The position numbers were made by a program, and so were the translations under genes. The notes under the pieces are model-generated. The model saw only the letters and a list, made by a program, of their open reading frames with translations, had not been told where the DNA came from and ran no database searches. Shown piece by piece: positions 55,828 to 63,510 of a DNA stretch of 64,000 nt; position 1 is the stretch's first letter; each line of letters starts with the position of its first letter. This stretch comes from an uncultured Chloroflexia bacterium (lineage in GTDB: Bacteria > Chloroflexota > Limnocylindria > Limnocylindrales > CSP1-4): positions 197,080 to 261,079 of the forward strand of contig CAWDXA010000005.1 of NCBI GenBank assembly GCA_963806175.1, written 5' to 3'.

Positions 55828-56691
55828 TCAGTGCTCCGCGAGGAACGCCTCGACCATCGGGCGCACGGCGTCGCCGCGCTCGAGCCACGGGAAGTGGCCA
55901 CACCGTTCCAGCAACTCCAGCCGGGCGCCGCGGATCAGCCCCGCCGTCTCGATCGACGCGCTCGACGGCAGGGGATCGGCGACCCCGTGGACGAGCAGGA
56001 CCGGCAGGTCCAGCCTCGGCAGCCCCCGCGCCAGCGTTCCGGCCGCCCAGTGCGCCTCCACCGCGGCCATCGTGTCCGGGATATCCGGGCGCGGAACCTC
56101 CAGCCGGAGCGGCCGCGGGGCCGGCACCTGGTCGTACGCGTACGAGTAGGACGGCCAGAGGGTGGTCAGGATCTGTGCGACGAGCGTCGGTTCCTCCTCG
56201 CCGGACTGCTGAAGCGCGACGAGCGCGTCCAGGCGGGCCCGATCGGACGGCCGGAGGCGGGCCACCAGGTTCGTGGAGAGCGCCGCCCGGCCGCCGTCCG
56301 CGAGCGCGCCGAGGGTGTCGAACAGGACGAGCCCCTGCACCCTGTCCGGGTGCGCGACGGCAACGTGCATCGCCAGGAGCCCGCCCCAGGAGTGGCCCAT
56401 CAGCCAGGCTCGGTCCCAGCCAAGGTGGTCGAGGACGGCGATCTGGTCGGCGACATGCGTCTCGATGTCGCGAGGGCCCTCGAGGGTGCTCGGCTCGAGG
56501 CCGCGCTGCTGTGGGATGATTCCGTCGATAGCGCCGTCGAGCGCCTCGACCAGCCTGACCAGGTACTCGGCGCCCATGCCCGGCCCGCCGTGCAGGAGGA
56601 GGACCCGCGGCCGCCCCGGTGGTTCCGCCCCGCGCCGCGTGGCGAAGATCTCGCCACCCGGCACCGGCACGTGGATCTCCTCGAACTCCAC
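55828..56691 (-). CDS. alpha/beta hydrolase (proline iminopeptidase-like)
   Basis: LLLHGGPG oxyanion motif and nucleophile elbow GHSWGG. Confidence 0.85.
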   Translation of the reverse strand: MEFEEIHVPVPGGEIFATRRGAEPPGRPRVLLLHGGPGMGAEYLVRLVEALDGAIDGIIPQQRGLEPSTLEGPRDIETHVADQIAVLDHLGWDRAWLMGHSWGGLLAMHVAVAHPDRVQGLVLFDTLGALADGGRAALSTNLVARLRPSDRARLDALVALQQSGEEEPTLVAQILTTLWPSYSYAYDQVPAPRPLRLEVPRPDIPDTMAAVEAHWAAGTLARGLPRLDLPVLLVHGVADPLPSSASIETAGLIRGARLELLERCGHFPWLERGDAVRPMVEAFLAEH

Positions 56692-56897
56692 CGATCACCT
56701 CCAGCGGTGCGTGCGCCGGGAGTGCCCCGTGCTGATGCGAAGATAGCGAACACGAGCGTCTCCGTCGGCGACGTCTCATGCCCCCAGCGACACCGAGGCG
56801 TCTAGGCGGCTGGCACGGCTCGCGGTCTCCGGCAACGGCGACCAGATCCTTGATTTCCGACACCGCCGCGCGACGATGTGGTGGGACCGGGCTCGGC

Positions 56898-56935
56898 GGC
56901 CCGAACTCGGGGGCCCGAACTCGGGGGCCGAACAG
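56898..56935. repeat. tandem repeat, 14-nt unit GGCCCGAACTCGGG, 2 copies plus a partial copy
   Basis: Copies at 56898-56911 and 56912-56925, then a degenerate copy. Each unit holds the palindrome CCCGA-AC-TCGGG. Confidence 0.75.
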
Positions 56936-57020
56936 GTGGCCCGGGCAGCGTTCCCCCGGAACAGGATCCTCCGGCGCGGACCAGCCCGCGGCCGGTGGTC
57001 GCGGGCAGGTGGCCCCGTCC

Positions 57021-57137
57021 GGTGCCAATCGACGGCGGAGGCGGCCCCGTGGGCCAGGTTTCCGGAGTTCGGCAGTCGATTGGAACCCGGGCGATCCAAT
57101 CCACGGCTGGGACCACGATGCTTCGTCGGTTGGCACT
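57021..57137. repeat. mosaic intergenic element, copy B (alternating CCAATCGACG-type repeats)
   Basis: Motif copies at 57025(+), 57074(-), 57096(+) and 57124(-). The block 57075-57111 matches 6338-6375. The outer arms GTGCCAATCGACG and CGTCGGTTGGCAC are inverted. Confidence 0.6.
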
Positions 57138-57148
57138 CCAGGGTTCCC

Positions 57149-57345
57149 TGGCGGCATGCTCCGCGCTCGGCGAACCGCGTGGCGGCATGCTCCGCGCTCG
57201 GCGAACCGCGTGGCGGCATGCTCCGCGCTCGGCGAACCGCGCTGGCGGCATGCTCCGCGCTCGGCGAACCGCGTGGCGGCATGCTCCGCGCTCGGCGAAC
57301 CGCGTGGCGGGCTTGGCCGCAACCGCGTCGCGGGCTTGGTCGCAG
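57149..57345. repeat. tandem repeat, 31-nt unit TGGCGGCATGCTCCGCGCTCGGCGAACCGCG x5, then a 23-nt unit x2
   Basis: Copies at 57149, 57180, 57211, 57242 (with one extra C) and 57274. GCGGGCTTGGyCGCA... is then repeated twice up to the MTHFR stop. Confidence 0.85.
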
Positions 57346-57351
57346 GGGGCC

Positions 57352-58231
57352 TCAGGCGGCGGCGCGGACCGCCAGCTTCTCCAGGTAGTCCTTGCGCCAG
57401 CGCTCCGTGAGATCCACCGCGTTGAACGTGTAGAGATGGAGGTCGACGATGCCGGCGACCGGGTCGGCGATCGCGGGCGCGACGCCCTCGAGCAGCCCGT
57501 CGGGCCGGTAGAAGCCGCCTGACCGGATGAGCCGGGCGATGAACCGGGTGTTCTTGACCAGGAACCGGTGCGTGTCGGCCACCCCGATCCGGGCGCTGAT
57601 CGCCAGCAGTCGCTGCGGCTCGGCGACGCCCGGCAGCCCGAGATGGACGGGGAGCGTGATGCCCTCGGCGCGGCGCGCGGCGAGCCAGGTCGCGATCGGC
57701 GTTCGGATCGAAGCAGAGCTGGGTGGTCATGTAGCTGGCGAACGCAGCCTTGGCATGCAGCGCCTCGAGCAGCGGCCCATCGGCGATGAACGCGTGGCCC
57801 TGCGGGTAGGCCGGGATCCCGATCTCGCGCAGCGGGTGGCCGATGTCGGCCATGGCCCGCAGCAGCGACAGGCCGTCAGGGTAGTCGCCGGGCTCCTTGG
57901 CGTCGCCACCGACGACGAAGGCGCGGTCGACGCCGGCGCCCTCCAGCCAGGCGATCAGCTCGGCGAGGTGGGCGCGGTCGCGGATCATCCGCGCCGACAG
58001 GTGCGGCACGGCCCGGAAGCCACGGGCCTGGAGCTGCTCGGACAGGGCCACGGTCGCCTCGATCCCCTTGGCCGGCGAGACAGTCACCGACACGGTCGAG
58101 CCTGGCGGCAGGAACGCCGCCTGGTCGAGCGCGTTCTTGAGCGGCACGAGCTCGAACGTCGGGGCGCGCAGGACCCGCGCGAGCGCGGCGGCCCGGGTCG
58201 ACTTGAGCGAGGATCGCCGGCGGAAGAGCAT
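57352..58231 (-). pseudogene. methylenetetrahydrofolate reductase-like gene, frame-disrupted as sequenced
   Basis: The N-part from ATG 58231 (MLFRRR...TTQLCFDPN) is in the frame of ORF 55490..60487. The C-part (...IATWLAARRAEGITLPVHLGLPG...ADTHRFLVKNTRF...) is in the frame of 57352..57582. The junction is near 57697. Confidence 0.75.
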
Positions 58232-58239
58232 CGGGACCG

Positions 58240-59778
58240 CTAGACCTCGGAGTCCGGCATCGATGCCTTGCGGCGGGCGATGAACTCGAGCAGCGCCTCG
58301 TCGACGGCGGGATCGATCGGCGGCGCCTCGTACTCGGCGAGCATCCGCTTCCAGATCACGTTGGCGCGCTGCGCCGCGTCGAGCGAGCCGTCCTCCTGCC
58401 ACTGCTCGAAGCTGTTGTTGTCGGCGATGTCGCTGCGGTAGAAGGCGCTCTCGAAGTTGGCCAGCGTGTGCGCGTTGCCCAGGTAGTGCTGGCCGGGCGG
58501 GTTGGCCAGGATCGCGTCGAGCGCCTGGCCGTTCGGCGACATGTCCACGCCCTTGACGAAGACGGCCATCATCCCGCACTGGTCGGCGTCGAGGATGAAC
58601 TTCTCGTAGCCGACGGCCAGGCCGCCCTCCAGCCAGCCCGCGGCATGGAGCACGAAGTTGACGCCGGCGAGGATCGTCGGCTGGAGCGTGGCCGCCGACT
58701 CGTAGGCGGCCTGGGCATCGGCGATCTTCGAGGCGCACAGCGAGCCGCCGGAGCGGAACGGCACGCCGAGCCGGCGGGCCAGGGCGGCCATCACGTACAG
58801 CACGAGCGCGGGCTCCGGCGTGCCGAACGTCGGCGCGCCCGACTGCATCGACATCGAGCTGGCGAAGGTGCCGAGGACCACCGGCGCACCCGGCCGCACC
58901 AGCTGGACGAAGGTCATCCCGCCGAGCGCCTCGGCCAGGGTCTGGGCGCACACGCCGGCGGCCGTCACCGGCGCCATCGCCCCGGCCAGGATGAACGGGG
59001 TGATCAGCGTCGCCTGGTTGGCCTCCGCATAGGCCCGGGCCGCCCCGAGCATCGTCGCGTCCCAGACCAGCGGCGAGTTGGCATTGATCAGGCTGAGGAC
59101 GACCGGGTGCGTCTCGAGGTACTCGGCCCCGAAGGTGATCCGCGCCATCTCGACGGTGTCGCGCGCTCGCTCGGGCGCCGTCACCGAGCCCATGAACGGC
59201 TTGTCGCTGTAGCGGATGTGCGAGTAGACCATGTCGAGGTGGCGCTTGTTGACCGGCACGTCGACCGGCTCGCAGATCGTCCCGCCCGAGTGGTGCAGGT
59301 GCGGCGACGCGTAGGCCAGCTTCACGAAGTTGCGGAAGTCCTCGATCGTCCCGTAGCGCCGGCCGCGGTCGAGGTCGCGCACGAACGGCGAGCCGTAGTT
59401 CGGGGCGAAGACCGTGTGCATCCCGCCGATCTCGACGTTGCGGGCCTCGTTGCGGGCGTACTGGGTGAACTGGCGGGGCGCGGTCGCCTGGACGATCGAG
59501 CGGCACATCCCGCGCGGGAAGCGGACGCGCACGCCGTCGACGTCGGCGCCGGCGTCGCGCAGCAGCCGGAGCGCCGCCTCGTCGCCGCGGAACTCCAGGC
59601 CGACCTCCTGGAGGATCGTGTCGGCGTTCTGCTCGATCTGGGCGAGGCCTTCCTCGTCGAGGACCTCGAACGGGGCCAGCGTCCGGGTGAGGAACGGGAC
59701 GTGCTCGGCGTGGGTCGCCAGCCGGAGCGCCTGCCGGGCGGCTCGTCCCCCGCTCCGATGTCGCTGGGTCTCGACCAT
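58240..59778 (-). CDS. MttB-superfamily methyltransferase without pyrrolysine codon (quaternary-amine:corrinoid methyltransferase type)
   Basis: Continuous 512-codon frame from ATG 59778, preceded by GGGAGG and a TGATG overlap signature. Resembles the trimethylamine methyltransferase family along its length. No in-frame TAG. Confidence 0.8.
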   Translation of the reverse strand: MVETQRHRSGGRAARQALRLATHAEHVPFLTRTLAPFEVLDEEGLAQIEQNADTILQEVGLEFRGDEAALRLLRDAGADVDGVRVRFPRGMCRSIVQATAPRQFTQYARNEARNVEIGGMHTVFAPNYGSPFVRDLDRGRRYGTIEDFRNFVKLAYASPHLHHSGGTICEPVDVPVNKRHLDMVYSHIRYSDKPFMGSVTAPERARDTVEMARITFGAEYLETHPVVLSLINANSPLVWDATMLGAARAYAEANQATLITPFILAGAMAPVTAAGVCAQTLAEALGGMTFVQLVRPGAPVVLGTFASSMSMQSGAPTFGTPEPALVLYVMAALARRLGVPFRSGGSLCASKIADAQAAYESAATLQPTILAGVNFVLHAAGWLEGGLAVGYEKFILDADQCGMMAVFVKGVDMSPNGQALDAILANPPGQHYLGNAHTLANFESAFYRSDIADNNSFEQWQEDGSLDAAQRANVIWKRMLAEYEAPPIDPAVDEALLEFIARRKASMPDSEV

Positions 59779-61896
59779 CAGTCGACCTCCCTGTTGCCGG
59801 CCGCCACCGCGCGCCGTCGCCGGCGCTCGTTGCGGGCCTCGCGAACCGTTGGTCCCGGCGCCGGCCACCCGCTCCGGCAGCGCCACGACCCGCGCCAGGT
59901 TGGGAAACGGCGCGGTCCGGTGCGGGAACGCCATCGCCTCGACGAAGTGCTCCTGGAAGCGCGGCTCGACCGCCGTCTCGATCTTCTCGACCCGCCGGAC
60001 GACGCCCTCGATCTCGGTCCGGGCCGCGCCGGACAGGAGCGCGATGAGCGCGCCGGTCCCGGCCGCGTTGCCGGCCGACCGGACGCGGGCCAGGTCGCAG
60101 TCCGGGATCAGCCCGAGGATCATCGCGTGGGTCGTGTCGATCTGGCTGCCGAACGCGCCGGCCAGCCGGATCTCGTCGACCTCGTCGACGCCGAGCTGGT
60201 CCATCAGCAGCCGGACGCCGGCGTACAGGGCGGCCTTGGCGAGCTGGATCGCCCGGACGTCGTTCTGGGTGATGACGATCCGCGGTCCGGCGGCGCCCAC
60301 CGGCGCCGGCCGCGGTCGTGCAGGACGTAGCTGAAGGTCCGCCCGTCGGGGACGATCCGCGGCGTCCGCGCCGCCAGCGACCCGTCGATGACGCCGTCGG
60401 CGGTGACGACGCCCGCCAGGAACAGCTCGGCGACGACCTCGATGATCCCGGAGCCGCAGATCCCGGTGATGCCCGGGGTCTCGTCACCGTTGCCGCCCAT
60501 GGCCTCCGCGAACGCCGGCTCGTCCGACCAGGCGTCGACGCCGATCACCCGGAAGCGCGGCTCGAGCGTCTCGCGGTCGATCCGGACGCGCTCGATGGCG
60601 CCCGGCGCGGCGCGCTGGCCGCCGCTGATCTGGGCGCCTTCGAAGGCCGGACCGGTCGGGCTGGACGCGGCGAGCAGCCGGTTCCGGTCGCCGAGCACGA
60701 TCTCGGCGTTCGTGCCGACGTCGACGACGAGCGTCAGGCGCTCGGCGCGGTGCGGCTCCTCGGCCAGGATCACCCCGGCCGTGTCGGCCCCGACGTGACC
60801 GGCGATGCACGGCAGGACGTAGACCCGGGCGCCGGGATGCGCCCGCAGGCCGAGCTCCGCGGCGGTCGTCCGGACCGCGCGGTCGGTGGCCAGGGCGAAC
60901 GGCGCGCCGCCGAGCGGCGTCGGGTCGATGCCGAGCAGGAGGTGGTGCATGATCGGGTTGCCGACGATCGCCAGCTCGAGGATCTCGGCGCGCTTGATCC
61001 CGGCCCGCATCGCCAGCGTCGCGATCAGCCCGTCGAGCGCCTTGCGCACGGCGGCCGTCATCTCGCCCGCCCCCTCCGGATGCATCATCGCGTACGAGAC
61101 CCGGCTCATCAGGTCCTCGCCGAAGCGGATCTGCGGGTTCATCACGCCGTTGCTGGCGAGGACCGCGCCGTCGGCGAGGTTGGCGAGGTGGCCGGCGATC
61201 GTGGTCGAGCCGACGTCGATGGCGACGCCGTAGGCCTGCTCGTGGAGGCCCGGCCACACCGCGATGACCTGGCGGGCCTCGTGGACGGCGACGGTGACGC
61301 CGTACCGGCCGGCCGCGAGCGCCGGCTGGAGCTGGCGGATGACGTCGAGATCGGCCTCGAGGCCGGTCAGGCCCCACTCGCGCTCGAGCGCCTCGAACAG
61401 CCGCGCGAGGTCGCCGGTCGGCGAGGCGAGCTCGGGCGGCGTGACCTCGACGTAGTGGAGGCGGACGACCGGGTCGACCTTGAACGTCCGGACGTCGAGG
61501 CCCTTGCGGACGACCTGGCGGTGGACCTGGCTCTCCGGCGGGACGTCGACCAGGACGTCGCCCTGGACCGTCGCCGTGCACGACAGCCGGCGGTCGGCGG
61601 CCAGGCCGTGCTCGTCGCGGTAGCTCGCCTCGAGCTCGCGCGAACGGCGAGAGGTGGTCGGGCGCCGAGGTGATCCCGTGCTTCGGGAACTCGCCGATCC
61701 CCGGGCTGACCTGGCAGCGGCCGCAGATCCCGCGCCCGCCGCAGACCGAGTCGATGTCGACCCCGAGCGAGCGCGCGGCGTCGAGGACCGTCGTGCCGGT
61801 CGCGAACCGGCCGCGCCGGCCGGACGGCGTGAAGATGACGAGGGCGTCGGACCGGGCCTCGTCGGCTGTTGCCTGCCGGCCTGCGGCTGGCGGCAT
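59778..61896 (-). pseudogene. RamA/RACE-like corrinoid reductive activase (2Fe-2S + ASKHA/DUF4445), frame-disrupted as sequenced
   Basis: The ferredoxin part from ATG 61896 (...CGGRGICGRCQV...) is in the frame of 60484..62985. The middle part is in 60204..61259. The C-terminal part (...VITQNDVRAIQLAKAALYAG...) is in 58240..60300. Junctions lie near 61638 and at 60295-60317. The plausible stop TGA 59778-59780 is in a further frame. Confidence 0.7.
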
Positions 61897-61907
61897 GACT
61901 CGGCGGC

Positions 61908-62814
61908 CTAGACGACCGGCGCGGCGGCGCGGCGATTGACGCGTCGGCGGCCGGCTTCGCCTTCGGGGACGGGCGCCCGATGGGCCAGGATCCAGCGCCC
62001 GCAGTCGGGATCGTGGCCCATCAGCACGTCGGCGGCCATGACGGCGGCCTTCACCTCCGGCATCAGCGGGTTGGTGATCGCCGAGGTCATGCCGCTGGCG
62101 ATCGCCATCGGCAGGAATGCCGCGTTGATCCCCTCGCGGTGCGGCAGCCCGAAGCTGACGTTGGAGGCGCCGCAGATCGAGTTGACCTTGAGCTCCTCGC
62201 GCAGGCGGCGGACCAGCGAGAAGACCTGGCGGCCGGCCGTGGCCATCGCCCCGATCGGCATGACCAGCGGATCGACGACGATGTCCGAGGCCGGGATCCC
62301 GTGGTCCGCGGCGCGCTCGACGATCCGCTTCGCGACCGCGAACCGGACGTCCGGGTCCTCGCTGATCCCGGAGTCGTCGTTGCTGATCGCCACGACGGCG
62401 GCGCCGTACTTGCGGACGAGCGGCAGGACGCGCTCGAGGCGCTCCTCCTCGCCGGTCACCGAGTTGACCAGCGCCTTGCCCTGGTAGGCGGCCAGGCCCG
62501 CCTCGAGCGCCTCGACGATCGACGAATCGATCGACAGCGGCAGGTCGGTCAGGCGCCTGGACGAGCCGGATCGTGCTGGCCAGGATCGCGGGCTCGTCGC
62601 TCAGCGGGATCCCGGCGTTGACGTCGAGCATGTGGGCGCCGGCCTCGACCTGGGCGAGCACGTCGCGCTCGACCCGGCTGAAGTCGCCGGCCTTCATCTC
62701 CTCGGCCAGCAGCTTGCGACCGGTCGGGTTGATCCGCTCGCCGATGATCACGAACGGACGATCGAAGCCGATCACGACCTCGCGACTGGCGGAGCTGAGC
62801 CGGGTCTCGGTCAT
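61908..62814 (-). pseudogene. pterin-binding methyltransferase (methyl-corrinoid:tetrahydrofolate, MtgA/MeTr-like), frame-disrupted as sequenced
   Basis: The N-part from ATG 62814 (...FVIIGERINPTGRK...MLDVNAG...) is in the frame of 60484..62985. The C-part (...LPLSIDSS...ALVNSVTGEEE...) is in the frame of 61908..62459. The junction is near 62553. Confidence 0.75.
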
Positions 62815-63149
62815 GTCGGCGAGGTCTCGGAGGTGGCCGGCGGAAGGACCGGGCCGCCGGCCACGCCACCGGACTGGATCAGCTCGGCCAGGCGGTGCTT
62901 GGTGTACTCGGCCTCGAGCCGGTCCGACTCGGCGCGCACCTCGGCCTCGAGGTCGTCGCCGCACGGCTGCTGTTCCTTGCGCCATTCGGCGATGTAGTCG
63001 TTGTAGGCCCGCTTGCCGGCCCGGTTGGCCGCCTTGTCGATGGCGACCTGGAAGCGCGGATGGAGGACGATCTTGCTCGAGCGGCGGGCGTCCTTGGCCA
63101 CGACCTGGGCCGGGATGTCACGCCACCAGATGACCGACAGGGTGGCCAC
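62811..63149 (-). CDS. small conserved protein with WWRDIPAQV motif (resembles the so-called virulence-factor domain family; name by recollection)
   Basis: Intact 112-aa ORF. ATGA overlap with the downstream methyltransferase gene. Confidence 0.65.
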   Translation of the reverse strand: MATLSVIWWRDIPAQVVAKDARRSSKIVLHPRFQVAIDKAANRAGKRAYNDYIAEWRKEQQPCGDDLEAEVRAESDRLEAEYTKHRLAELIQSGGVAGGPVLPPATSETSPT

Positions 63150-63258
63150 TCAGGCGGCTCCGTTGGATCTGGCTGTGGCCGTGCCCGCTTCAGCCGCGCC
63201 GGTGGGTAGCGGCGTGGCCGAGGCTTCGGACCCGGCCGCCGACCGCGTCGCGCCGAAT

Positions 63259-63471
63259 CCTTGCTGCCCGCGCAGGATCCCGGCGTTGCCTTGCTCCGGG
63301 TGCAACCATCGTCCCGATTCCGGCCCTCATGCGGGCCAGCTCTTGCTCCGGGCGCAGTCTGCCGCACGACGCCACGGCCTGCCGGCCGCCTTGCTTGCCG
63401 TGAGCAGCAACGAATCGGCCGATCCAGGCCGCGGACGACCTGCTGTCGACACGTTGCTTGCTCCGGGGACC
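63259..63471. repeat. dispersed short repeats (CCTTGCT / TTGCTCCGGG) in a probably non-coding gap
   Basis: TTGCTCCGGG at 63291, 63343 and 63458. CCTTGCT at 63259, 63289 and 63389. Third-position GC drops in all frames I translated here. Confidence 0.5.
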
Positions 63472-63510
63472 AACGGTGACCGGAGCAGGCCCCGCGGCCG
63501 CCGCCGCCGA

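Noticed and set aside
57149-57304. Possible CRISPR array, suggested by five 31-nt direct repeats.
   Set aside because: The repeats are contiguous, with no spacers between them. There are no cas genes in the window. The arrays at 6381-6459 and 33233-33286 are likewise plain tandem repeats.
58240-59778. Pyrrolysine (in-frame TAG) in the MttB-family gene.
   Set aside because: The frame is continuous from ATG 59778 to the terminal TAG, with no internal TAG. This is a non-Pyl member of the family.
55490-60487. 1665-aa ORF on the minus strand, the longest in the track.
   Set aside because: Its translation is low-complexity and Arg/Pro/Gly-rich, except where it happens to coincide with the true MTHFR N-terminal frame. 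It runs through the tandem repeats and out of frame across MttB and the activase. This is typical high-GC shadow ORF behaviour. The same reasoning applies to 52411..55566(+), 27963..30287(-), 40369..41304(+), 18605..20797 upstream of 19144, 47914..49734(+), 32249..34282(-) and others.
63150-63311. 53-codon ORF (TTG start) ending at a TGA immediately before the WWRDIP gene start.
   Set aside because: It is a low-complexity Ala/Gly/Thr-rich peptide with no SD and overlaps the repeat motifs. It is probably non-coding.
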